Of a stretch of 32,000 nucleotides of DNA, positions 7,743 through 16,011 are shown piece after piece. The translations under genes were made by a program, and so were the position numbers. The notes beneath the pieces are model-generated. The model was not told the DNA's origin, made no database searches, and saw only the letters and a list, made by a program, of their open reading frames with translations. The stretch comes from Halogeometricum borinquense DSM 11551 (GTDB lineage: Archaea > Halobacteriota > Halobacteria > Halobacteriales > Haloferacaceae): positions 1,590,001-1,622,000 of the forward strand of contig NC_014729.1 of the NCBI RefSeq assembly GCF_000172995.2, written 5' to 3'. Positions within the stretch are counted from its first letter, which is position 1. Each line of letters opens with the position of its first letter.

Positions 7743-9041
7743 TTACCGCTCTCGGACGATCATCGGAACGTCACCGCGCGGTTGTGTCGTCATCTGCGGG
7801 CTCAGGTCTAGCTCGCCGTTGCCCGCCCACTCTAGCCGATAGCGCTTCATGAGTTCGGTCAACGCCGTCTTCGCTTCGATCATGGCGAACGACTGACCGA
7901 TACACCGCCGCGGCCCCGCACCGAACGGTACGTAGGCATACTCGGGCGCGTCGTTGCGCTCCCACCGGTCCGGGTCGAACTGATCGGGATGCTCGAAGAA
8001 CCGCTCGTCACGGTGGACGTTTCTGACCGAGAGGAGTACCTCCGACCCCTCGGGAATCGAGTAGCCGCCTAACTCTATCTCGCGCGTCGTCGTCCGCGGG
8101 AGCGTGTGAATCGGCGGGTACACACGGAGCGACTCTTTTATCACCCGTTCGAGGACGGTGAGATCTGAGAGGTGTTCGGCTCCCACAGGATCGTCACCGA
8201 CAACCTCGTCAATCTCGTGTTCGACGCGTTCTCGGACGCTCGGATGTTCAGAAAGGAGATACCACGTGTACGTCAGCGCCAGAGCAGTCGTCTCGTGTCC
8301 GGCGAAGATGATTCCGACGAGTTGGTCCGAGACGGCCGTCTCCGACCGTGGATACCCCTCTTCCCCACGCGCCTCGGCGAGGACCGAGAGCAAATCGTCG
8401 CCAGAGTGATCCGCCGCCAGCAGTCGGTCAACTTCCTCGCGTAACGTCGTTACGGCGCGGTTGAACCGGCGTCTGCTGGGGGTCGGAAGGCTTCCCGGAA
8501 GTGCCCACGATGTGGGTGCGAAGTAGGCGTTCAGGTCGTCAGCGGCCCGCCTGAGTGAGTCGTCGCCGGACCTCTTTCCGGGGTCTTGTCCGAGCAACGT
8601 CGATCCGAGGATGTCGAACGTCAGGCCCTTCATCTCCTCGACTGCCGAGTACGTTTGACCGGGTGTCCACGACTCGGCGCGTCTGTCCGCCTGTTTTCGC
8701 ATTTTCGGAATGTAGTCGGTGATTTGGCGGAAGAAGAAAAACGGGTCCAATAGGTCGCGTTGCTCGCGCCATTCGTCACCATCGACCGCGAGGACGCTGT
8801 CACCGAACGCAAGTCGGAAGTCCTCGGTCTTCACGAACGCATCTCGATCAGTGACGAGCGCGCGTTCGAAGAGGTCCGGGTGGGCGACGATGTATCGGTC
8901 CCGTCCGAGCATCGAGAGTCGAATAACATCGCCGTGGGTGGTGACCGCCGAGTCGATGAAACTGAACGGGTCGCGGGCGAACGCGACGGTGTTTCCGAGA
9001 ACTGGCAAGCCGCCGGGGGTCGGTGGTCCGTTGTCGCCCAT
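7743..9041 (-). CDS. Cytochrome P450
   Basis: 432 aa with the heme-binding motif FGAGPRRCIGQSFA (FxxGxRxCxG), the I-helix-like AGHETTA and the ExxR motif (ESLR). Confidence 0.9.
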   Translation of the reverse strand: MGDNGPPTPGGLPVLGNTVAFARDPFSFIDSAVTTHGDVIRLSMLGRDRYIVAHPDLFERALVTDRDAFVKTEDFRLAFGDSVLAVDGDEWREQRDLLDPFFFFRQITDYIPKMRKQADRRAESWTPGQTYSAVEEMKGLTFDILGSTLLGQDPGKRSGDDSLRRAADDLNAYFAPTSWALPGSLPTPSRRRFNRAVTTLREEVDRLLAADHSGDDLLSVLAEARGEEGYPRSETAVSDQLVGIIFAGHETTALALTYTWYLLSEHPSVRERVEHEIDEVVGDDPVGAEHLSDLTVLERVIKESLRVYPPIHTLPRTTTREIELGGYSIPEGSEVLLSVRNVHRDERFFEHPDQFDPDRWERNDAPEYAYVPFGAGPRRCIGQSFAMIEAKTALTELMKRYRLEWAGNGELDLSPQMTTQPRGDVPMIVRER

Positions 9042-9101
9042 GCCCGTCCATTTGATAGTCTGACATATGAACGCTGCCCCGGTCGCGTTCGAAACGCTCC
9101 C

Positions 9102-10106
9102 TCAGAGGTCGAGACCGCGGATGGAGACGCCAGACCCGTCTTCGACGTGCCCGATAACCCGTCCGTCCGTCGCGTCGGCGAGTGCTTCCGCGTCGTCAGG
9201 GGCGAGTGCGGCGACGAAGCCAGTTCCCATGTTGAACGTCCGGTGCATCTCCTCGTCAGAGACGTTCCCCTCGCTTTGGACGAACTCGAACACCGGGTGA
9301 GGATCGAACGCGTCCTCGACGACGTAGTGGAAGTCTCCCATCCGTTCGAGGTTGGTCCACCCGCCGCCAGTAACGTGCGCCGCCGCGTTGACGCCGTGTT
9401 CGCGCATCGGGTCCAGTAGATTCGTGTAGATGCGGGTGGGTTCCAGCAATGCCTCCCCAATCGTCTCGTAGCCCTCGAACGGGCAGTCATCGGTGTACTC
9501 GTGGTCGCGCGTCGTCGCCGTACGTGCCAGCGTGAGCCCGTTCGAGTGGATGCCCGAAGAGCGGAATCCGACGAGTGCGTCGCCGGATTCGGCCTCTCCG
9601 GGGAACAGCGCGTCTTTGTCGGCGAGACCGGCACACGTCCCCGCCAAGTCGAGTCCTTTGATCACTTCGGGCATGACGGCCGTCTCACCGCCGACGAGTT
9701 CGATATCCGCCCTCTCAGCGCCCACTGACAGTCCCTCACCTACCTGTTCGGCGAACCGCTCGTCGGGTTCGTCCACGGCGAGGTAGTCTACGAACGCGAC
9801 CGGACGAACGCCCGCCGCCACGAGGTCGTTGGCGTTCATGGCGATGCAGTCGATGCCGACTGTGGAGTAGTCACCGAGCGCCTCGGCGACGATGAGTTTC
9901 GTCCCCACGCCGTCTGTCGCAAGCGCGAGGTAGCGGTCACCGATATCCAGCAACCCGGCGTAGTCGCCTTCGCTCTCACCGACGGCACCGACCAATGCCG
10001 CCGTCGCCGCTTCGCTGGCGTCGATATCGACACCAGCGTCCGCGTAGGTCAGTTCGTCGTCGTCCGCCTCGTCTGCAGGACCCTCTCCCGCGTCGGTGTC
10101 GGTCAT
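9102..10106 (-). CDS. purM: Phosphoribosylformylglycinamidine cyclo-ligase (AIR synthetase)
   Basis: MTDTDAG...TYADAGVDIDASE...LATDGVGTK...GIDCIAMNANDL...GGETAVMP...GIHSNG matches the PurM family. The ATG at 10106 is preferred. The table start at 10205 is a GTG that adds 33 very basic residues, atypical for this proteome. Confidence 0.9.
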   Translation of the reverse strand: MTDTDAGEGPADEADDDELTYADAGVDIDASEAATAALVGAVGESEGDYAGLLDIGDRYLALATDGVGTKLIVAEALGDYSTVGIDCIAMNANDLVAAGVRPVAFVDYLAVDEPDERFAEQVGEGLSVGAERADIELVGGETAVMPEVIKGLDLAGTCAGLADKDALFPGEAESGDALVGFRSSGIHSNGLTLARTATTRDHEYTDDCPFEGYETIGEALLEPTRIYTNLLDPMREHGVNAAAHVTGGGWTNLERMGDFHYVVEDAFDPHPVFEFVQSEGNVSDEEMHRTFNMGTGFVAALAPDDAEALADATDGRVIGHVEDGSGVSIRGLDL

Positions 10107-10462
10107 ATCCGAACGCGCGCGGTCGGAAGGGAAAAAGGTGCCCGTCCGGCGCGCGCGAGAGACCCGCGCTGCCGCGCGCAACGTCTTCCCGGCTACAGTT
10201 AGCACAGGGGGACTTTGGTATTATGTACCAAACTACTCAGTAGGCAGGCCGAAACCAGATCTTGAATTGTTACCATGGTATAATATAACATGATTTTCTA
10301 AAACTGCCTCAGAATCGTTTGTAAACAGTCTAATAGTTTCTGAACCGTTTGTAAAACGTCGGTGAAACGGCACTCAAAGTCGTAAATGGTCCGAAACTCA
10401 CGGTAAGGCTCTACCGATTATATGTGGGTACCTCCACAAGGAATCAGTGACGGTAGCCAACG

Positions 10463-10711
10463 ATGTCAAGCGTCCCCTCCACCCTCGAAAACACGTCCGT
10501 CCGACGTAGTATCGGCCTCGCCAACTCAGTTGCCCGAGTCACGCTCCGCTCTGCGGAGACAGTGACGTTCTGGGCAGCCATCCTGCTCCCGCTGGCGTAT
10601 CTCCCCCTGCTCGCAGGGGGACTCGCGCAGGCGGAGATGTTCCAATTTGTGGGTCTCCTCGCCTGCAACCTGTTCGCACTCGTCGCCGGACACGGCTACG
10701 GTCGAGACTAA
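10463..10711 (+). CDS. Small membrane protein (82 aa, 2 predicted TM helices), hypothetical
   Basis: MSSVPSTLENTSVRRSIGLANS...FWAAILLPLAYLPLLAGGLAQAEMFQFVGLLACNLFALVAGHGYGRD. ATG start; a TTATAT box lies about 45 nt upstream. Confidence 0.5.
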   Translation: MSSVPSTLENTSVRRSIGLANSVARVTLRSAETVTFWAAILLPLAYLPLLAGGLAQAEMFQFVGLLACNLFALVAGHGYGRD

Positions 10712-10759
10712 CGAACTCCCCACCGAACCCGCAGACGCCGCACGCGACGGCTGCGGCAG

Positions 10760-10874
10760 GTCCCCGCCCTCCACCGTCATTCTGCAACTACTCCGCACCG
10801 AGTACCGTTCAGTCCCCGCCCTCCACCGTCATTCTGCAACTACTCCGCACCGAGTACCGTTCAGTCCCCGCCCT
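10760..10874. repeat. Perfect 52-bp tandem duplication (2.2 copies) in a convergent intergenic region
   Basis: Units 10760-10811 and 10812-10863 are identical (gtccccgccctccaccgtcattctgcaactactccgcaccgagtaccgttca). A third partial copy (gtccccgccct) occupies 10864-10874. The unit length is not a multiple of 3. Confidence 0.95.
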
Positions 10875-10925
10875 GTCGCTATTGGCTATGGCCATTCGGC
10901 GGGGCTGTTTGAATCACAGCGACCG

Positions 10926-11564
10926 TTAGAATGGGGTGATCCCGAAGACGAGAGCCAGCGTCAGCAGCAGAGATGGGATGAAAACGACGGCGAACACCCC
11001 TTTGCTCCACGAGATGACTGTCTTGCCGTCGAGCGCGCCGAACGGGAGCATGTTGAACGCGGCGAGAAACAGGTTGATCGTGACGCCGCGGAAGCCGACG
11101 AGTCCGACGAAATCTGATCCTCCGAGTGCGCCGATGAGGAGAACCGGGAGGAAGAGGGCCGCGAGAGCGAGGTTCGTCACGGGGCCGGCGAGTGCGATCA
11201 GGCCGTGTTCGCGGTCCGTGAGCATGCCGCGATGGTAGACTGCGCCGGGTGCGGCGAAGATGAATCCGGCGAGTGAACTCATCACAGCGAGAAAGAGCAT
11301 CCCGTAGTCGGCGCGGAACTCTGCGACTTGTCCGAATCTGACGGCGACGACTTTGTGTGCGAGTTCGTGGAGGAGAAAGCCGATACCAGCGGTCAGTAGA
11401 CTGACGAGGAACGGACCGACCAGTCCGCCGCCGAAGACGTTGGCGATGGCACGCATGCCGCCACCAGCGAAGAAGATGGCGAAGGCAAGTCCGAGAGCAA
11501 CCCATGCGACGGCGAGGTCACGGAGTTCCCGAGAACTGAAACTGAGAGTGGTGTTCGTACTCAT
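10926..11564 (-). CDS. M50-family site-2 protease-like membrane metalloprotease (short form, no PDZ/CBS domains)
   Basis: 212 aa, multi-pass. HExxH motif in a TM helix (LLHELAHKVVA) and the second S2P motif FNMLPFGALDG (NxxPxxxLDG). Confidence 0.85.
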   Translation of the reverse strand: MSTNTTLSFSSRELRDLAVAWVALGLAFAIFFAGGGMRAIANVFGGGLVGPFLVSLLTAGIGFLLHELAHKVVAVRFGQVAEFRADYGMLFLAVMSSLAGFIFAAPGAVYHRGMLTDREHGLIALAGPVTNLALAALFLPVLLIGALGGSDFVGLVGFRGVTINLFLAAFNMLPFGALDGKTVISWSKGVFAVVFIPSLLLTLALVFGITPF

Positions 11565-11647
11565 GTGTTCGAGTCGGTGACCGTTTGTGCGGCGTGTAGT
11601 TGGGCCTTGCGGGCTACGTTCGCCTCACGAAAAGAGGTTACAGCCGT

Positions 11648-13315
11648 TTATAGGAGGCTGATAAGGATGTTCCAGCCGTTTTGCGCTCCCTCGAACATCA
11701 GATTGATGATGCCTTGCGGTCCGCCTAAGTCGAGCGCAAACAGGGGGAGGACGTATCCGATGAACAACGCCGAGGCGACGATGCTTCCGATGTTCGTCGC
11801 CGCCACCACCATGATAAGGCGGAACAGCGGAACGTCGAACAGGTCGCTGACGAGTTCGCCAAGTGGTGCCTCTTCGTCCGCGAGTAACTCGTTGAGACGG
11901 CTGATATCGCTGATGTTGACGGGATCGTACTGCAGTTCCATGTAGCCCGTGAACCATCCGGGTGCGAGGAAGGGGTTGATGGAGGTCATCCACGCGACGG
12001 CACCGCCGACGAGAGCCGACGGCCATCGCGCGCCGAGGGCTTTCGCCAGTCCGGCCGCGAACGCGCCGTTGATGAGGAACCACGCGCCGAACAGACGAAT
12101 CAGCGTGTCGTTGCCGGCCGTCGAGAGCGTAAGCAGGCCGAAGAACACGACGACTGCGGCGGAGATGCCGGTGCCGACGATTTTCGCCCACGGAAGGCCA
12201 CTTGAGGGCGTTCCCGTCAACGAATCCATCGGCGGGAGTCGCTCTGGATACTTCAGGTACCGTTCGATGCCTTCGCGGTGCCCCGCGCCGACGACGGCGA
12301 CGACGTGGTGGCCGGACTGTCGGAGTGCGACCAATCGATGCGCAATGTACGCGTCGCGCTCGTCGATAAGGGCCTGCGCGCCGCCGGGAGAGAACTCGCG
12401 GAACTCCTCCATCATGGCGCTCACCACGTCCGTATCGGTCATCGAGTCGATGTCTAACTCTTCCATCTCTTCGACGTCGTCGTCCGGGCCCATCCCGAAC
12501 GCGGTTGCAAGCGTCGCGGCCAATCCAGCCAACAGAAGACCGACGCCGACACCGAGGGTGAGACTCCCGACGGTGCGCACGGCGAACGAACTGAGGCTGG
12601 CGATAAACGGCGCTGCGAGGCCGAGACCGAATCCGCCGATGATGCCGGCCGCGGTACCGCCGCCGAGAGCGACGAGAATACGGTTTTCCGTATCGAGGAA
12701 CGGCGCCGAGACGACCCAGAGGACGGCCGCCACGGCGGCGAGAACGACTGCGCCGCCGGTGATGCGGGACAGAATCGGGAGACCGATACCGAACGATCCG
12801 CCGAACAGACCGACGAGCGGACCGACCAACAGGCCGATGATCAGTCCGATGACGATGCCCACGCCGCGACTATCTCCGAGACCGAACGCGAGTCCGCCGA
12901 CCATCTTCAACTTCTCGATGAGCGACATCTGCGACCAGAAACGTCGCATCGTCTCGTTGATATCGCGGTCTACGAGGGCCACATCGATACCGAACTTCTC
13001 CGCCGTTTCGACGGCTGCCAGCATGTCTGCACCGGGTTCCACGTCGAACTTCTCGCCGAGTTGCGCCTGCACGTACGACAGCATCCAGTACGCGATAAAC
13101 TGGAAGACGGTGTTGCCGCGGAGCAAATCTCCGGGTTCGATATCGTCGGGCGCGCCACCCTTCATCTGACGATACCGCCCTTCGTCGAGTTCGACGGCGA
13201 CCACGTCAGGACGCTCTTCCGCGACGACATCTTCGACTTCGCGGACGCTGTCCTCGGAGACGTGGGCCGTCCCGACGACGCGGACGCGACCCTCTCCGGT
13301 CGCTTCCTTACTCAT
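11648..13315 (-). CDS. TraB/PrgY (TIKI-superfamily) protein with membrane regions
   Basis: 555 aa. N-terminus RVVGTAHVSEDSVREV...PDVVAVELDEGR (GTxH motif). Later DERDAYIAHRL and VAVVGAGHREGI (GxGH motif). A Gly-rich hydrophobic segment (about residues 138-275) lies between the two halves, and further TM helices follow at the C-terminus. Confidence 0.85.
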   Translation of the reverse strand: MSKEATGEGRVRVVGTAHVSEDSVREVEDVVAEERPDVVAVELDEGRYRQMKGGAPDDIEPGDLLRGNTVFQFIAYWMLSYVQAQLGEKFDVEPGADMLAAVETAEKFGIDVALVDRDINETMRRFWSQMSLIEKLKMVGGLAFGLGDSRGVGIVIGLIIGLLVGPLVGLFGGSFGIGLPILSRITGGAVVLAAVAAVLWVVSAPFLDTENRILVALGGGTAAGIIGGFGLGLAAPFIASLSSFAVRTVGSLTLGVGVGLLLAGLAATLATAFGMGPDDDVEEMEELDIDSMTDTDVVSAMMEEFREFSPGGAQALIDERDAYIAHRLVALRQSGHHVVAVVGAGHREGIERYLKYPERLPPMDSLTGTPSSGLPWAKIVGTGISAAVVVFFGLLTLSTAGNDTLIRLFGAWFLINGAFAAGLAKALGARWPSALVGGAVAWMTSINPFLAPGWFTGYMELQYDPVNISDISRLNELLADEEAPLGELVSDLFDVPLFRLIMVVAATNIGSIVASALFIGYVLPLFALDLGGPQGIINLMFEGAQNGWNILISLL

Positions 13316-13337
13316 TACTTTCGATTCTAGGCCACGC

Positions 13338-13343
13338 TTTTTA
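13338..13343. promoter_or_regulatory. Single A/T tract (TTTTTA / TAAAAA) centred in the 51-bp divergent intergenic region; candidate shared TATA element
   Basis: The tract lies 24-29 nt upstream of the ATG at 13367 (plus strand) and 23-28 nt upstream of the ATG at 13315 (minus strand). It is the only A/T-rich element between the two start codons. Confidence 0.4.
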
Positions 13344-13366
13344 CCATTGTCGGAGCATCACGCACT

Positions 13367-14731
13367 ATGGCCGACCTCGCGTTCGACGCCGAGACGCCGA
13401 CGTCAGCGCACCAAACTGCTCTCAAATGCCTCTCCGACGGTGTGAACGCTGTTCTCCCCGACCGGATCGTCCGCGACGCTGTCTCTCTCAATGACAACAC
13501 GCTCTCCGTTGCTGAGGCCACGTACGACCTCTCCGCGTTCGACCGCATCCTCGTTATCGGCGGGGGGAAGGCGGGAGATGGTGTCGCAGATGCCCTCGAA
13601 ACCGTTCTCGGGGACCGAATTGACGGCGGTGCAGTTGTCACACCGGAACCGACCTCAGGTGACCGAATCGACCGACTCCCCGGCGCACATCCGGTTCCGT
13701 CCGAAACGGGCGTTGAGAGCGCGGCCCGAATCGTTGATCTCCTCTCGGAGACGGACGACAGAACCCTCGTTCTCGCCGTCGTCACCGGCGGTGCGAGCGC
13801 GGTGATTCCGACGCCTGCCGACGGTATCTCGCTTGCGGACTTGCAGACGACGACCGATGCACTCCTCCGGTCGGGCGCACATATCGGGGAACTCAACGCG
13901 GTCAGAAAGCATCTCTCGACGCTCAAAGGCGGCGGCTTGGCGCGCCTCGCCGCACCCGCGACGGTAATCGGTCTCGTCTTCAGCGACGTGGTGGGCAACG
14001 ATTTGAGCGTCATCGCCTCCGGTCCGACCGCGCCCGACGAGACGACGTACGACGATGCACTCTCCGTACTGGATCGCTATGGTCTCGACGTGCCCGAAAG
14101 CGTCCGGAGTAGGCTCGAACGCGGCGCACGCGGTGAGTTATCCGAAACACCGATGGCGGATGATCCGGTATTCGACCGGGTGACGAATCACGTTCTCGCG
14201 GACACCCATACGGCGCTCTCCGCGGCACGTGAGACCGCGAGAGAACACGGCTACGATTCGATTGTACTCTCCGCTCGCGTGCGCGGTGAGGCGCGCGAGG
14301 CCGCGAAGACGCACGTCGCTGTCGCCGAGGAGGTGGCCGCGACGGGGGACCCACTCGACCCGCCCGCGGTGATTCTCACCGGCGGCGAGTGTACCGTCAC
14401 GGTTCGCGGTGACGGTGACGGTGGTCCGAACCTCGAATACTGTCTCTCGGCGGCGCGTGAACTCGACACTGACGCCGTCGTGGCCGCGATAGACTCGGAC
14501 GGCGAGGACGGCGGGACGACAGTGGCGGGGGCAATTGTGGATTCCCGAACGGTCGATGACGCGAGCGACGAGAGCGAGGCGGCGGCGTCACTCGCGGAGA
14601 ACGATTCGCTCTCATTCCTGCGCGACCGGAAGTGTCTCATCCGAACTGGGCCGACCGGGACCAACGTGAACGATCTGCGCGTCGCCATCGTGGACGACCT
14701 CGACGGGCGGGACAGCAATGGGAACGCGTGA
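13367..14731 (+). CDS. Glycerate 2-kinase / hydroxypyruvate-reductase-like protein (DUF4147 + MOFRL domains)
   Basis: 454 aa: ILVIGGGKAG, LVLAVVTGGASA, AVRKHLSTLKGGGLA, VFSDVVGNDLSVIASGPT, ILTGGECTV...GGPNLEY. This is the typical TtuD/MOFRL-family pattern. Confidence 0.8.
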   Translation: MADLAFDAETPTSAHQTALKCLSDGVNAVLPDRIVRDAVSLNDNTLSVAEATYDLSAFDRILVIGGGKAGDGVADALETVLGDRIDGGAVVTPEPTSGDRIDRLPGAHPVPSETGVESAARIVDLLSETDDRTLVLAVVTGGASAVIPTPADGISLADLQTTTDALLRSGAHIGELNAVRKHLSTLKGGGLARLAAPATVIGLVFSDVVGNDLSVIASGPTAPDETTYDDALSVLDRYGLDVPESVRSRLERGARGELSETPMADDPVFDRVTNHVLADTHTALSAARETAREHGYDSIVLSARVRGEAREAAKTHVAVAEEVAATGDPLDPPAVILTGGECTVTVRGDGDGGPNLEYCLSAARELDTDAVVAAIDSDGEDGGTTVAGAIVDSRTVDDASDESEAAASLAENDSLSFLRDRKCLIRTGPTGTNVNDLRVAIVDDLDGRDSNGNA

Positions 14732-14781
14732 CCTCGGCCGAGGGGGGAAGGTTTGTATCCCACCACGGCGTAGCAGGTTGC

Positions 14782-15390
14782 ATGGCTCGCCTCCTCCCCT
14801 CCACGTCGTCACCCGACGTAGACGCCTCCCCTCGCGTCATCGGCCTTGACGACGACGATGCCGACGACTTGCTGTCGGCACTTTCCTCAGGGACGGCACG
14901 TCGCATTCTCGCGGATCTCCACGAAGACCCCGCAAATGCGGCCGCCCTCGCAGACACCGTCGATACTTCCCTACAGAACGTCCAGTATCATCTCGGCCGA
15001 CTCGAAGAAGCCGGTGCCGTCGAAGTCGTCGATACCGTCTACTCCGAGAAAGGCCGCGAGATGAAGGTGTACGCGCCTTCTGACCAACCGCTGGTCGTCG
15101 TCGCCGCCGACCGTGAGGGAACGACTGGATTGATGAGTGCGCTCCGTCGCCTCCTCGCGGCCGTCGGCGTCGTCGGCGTCGCCAGCTTCCTCGTCCAGTG
15201 GGCGACGGTCGGCCTCCCGTTCGGAGGGCAGACTGGTAGTGCGGGCGGCGACGTGTCGATGATGGAAACCGCGCGCGCCAGCGACACCGCGGCTACCGCC
15301 GCGGGCCTCCCGCCCGGACTCCTCTTTTTCCTCGGCGGGATATCCGTCATCCTCGTTTGGTCGCTTGTCTGGTATTTCCGGCGCGAGTGA
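14782..15390 (+). CDS. ArsR-type winged-helix DNA-binding protein with two C-terminal TM helices
   Basis: The ATG at 14782 gives MARLLPS...LLSALSSGTARRILADLHEDPANAAALADTVDTSLQNVQYHLGRLEEAGAVEVV (HTH), then hydrophobic helices (LLAAVGVVGVASFLV; LLFFLGGISVILVWSLVWY). The table start at 14632 overlaps the preceding gene with a basic extension and was rejected. Confidence 0.7.
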   Translation: MARLLPSTSSPDVDASPRVIGLDDDDADDLLSALSSGTARRILADLHEDPANAAALADTVDTSLQNVQYHLGRLEEAGAVEVVDTVYSEKGREMKVYAPSDQPLVVVAADREGTTGLMSALRRLLAAVGVVGVASFLVQWATVGLPFGGQTGSAGGDVSMMETARASDTAATAAGLPPGLLFFLGGISVILVWSLVWYFRRE

Positions 15391-15489
15391 GACTGGTGGG
15401 ACGGGTGGTCCCCATCTGTGTGAATTAGTGGGTCGTGAGAATTTGTGTCGTGGGGTAGGTATTCATACCTCGCCGTCCAATTCTGGAAT

Positions 15490-15957
15490 ATGAATCACCG
15501 GGCCGAGGTGAAGGGCATCGGCGTCGGCGTCGATGCCGAGGGAGGAAGTGTTCCCGCGGTAATATTGGAAGTCAGACAAGAATTTCTCCCCATTGTCATC
15601 ACCTCCGATCAGGCACAGGCAATCCAACTCGCTCTCACCGGCGAACCGTTCGAACGGCCGTTGACCCACGACCTGCTGGTGGACATGATCACGGAGTTCG
15701 GCGGTGCCATCGACAGTATCCGCATCGACGATCTGACCGACGGAACGTTCTTTGCGAAGATCGACGCCGAGCGGTACGAGAACGGCGAACCGAAGAAGTT
15801 CGTCTTCGACGCGCGCCCGAGCGACTCCGTCGCTCTTGCCGTCCGCGTTGACTGTCCCATTCTCGTCTCCGACGAAGTGCTCGACGAGGCCGGGCAACCG
15901 CCCGAACATTTCGACCTCGGCGAGCCCTCCGACGGACCGGACGACGTTGATCTCTGA
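15490..15957 (+). CDS. Bifunctional nuclease family protein (DUF151 / BFN domain)
   Basis: MNHRAEVKGIGV...VPAVILEV..EFLPIVITSDQAQAIQLAL.GEPFERPLTHDLL..MI.EFGG...IRIDDL.DGTFFAKI......FDARPSDSVALAVR..CPILV matches the DUF151 consensus as I recall it. Confidence 0.8.
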   Translation: MNHRAEVKGIGVGVDAEGGSVPAVILEVRQEFLPIVITSDQAQAIQLALTGEPFERPLTHDLLVDMITEFGGAIDSIRIDDLTDGTFFAKIDAERYENGEPKKFVFDARPSDSVALAVRVDCPILVSDEVLDEAGQPPEHFDLGEPSDGPDDVDL

Positions 15958-15981
15958 GGTGCGAAAGAGAGTAGGGCGGCG

Positions 15982-15987
15982 TTTTTA
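15982..15987 (+). promoter_or_regulatory. TATA-like box (TTTTTA) for the leaderless 16012 gene
   Basis: gTTTTTAccgacggccgacgaagccggagacATG. The box starts 30 nt upstream of the ATG. The same cgTTTTTAcc context occurs upstream of 13367. Confidence 0.45.
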
Positions 15988-16011
15988 CCGACGGCCGACG
16001 AAGCCGGAGAC

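Noticed and set aside
11949-13169. 406-aa plus-strand ORF antisense to the TraB-family gene
   Set aside because: Low-complexity Pro/Ser/Arg/Ala-rich translation with no motifs. The opposite strand carries the TraB signature motifs.
14732-14743. Perfect 12-bp palindrome CCTCGGCCGAGG right after the glycerate-kinase stop, resembling the stems of the IS end hairpins
   Set aside because: It lacks the CTTGA loop and any second end or flanking IS-like sequence, so it is not a MITE or solo IS end. It has no following T-tract, so it was not called a terminator either. It is probably a coincidental GC-rich palindrome.
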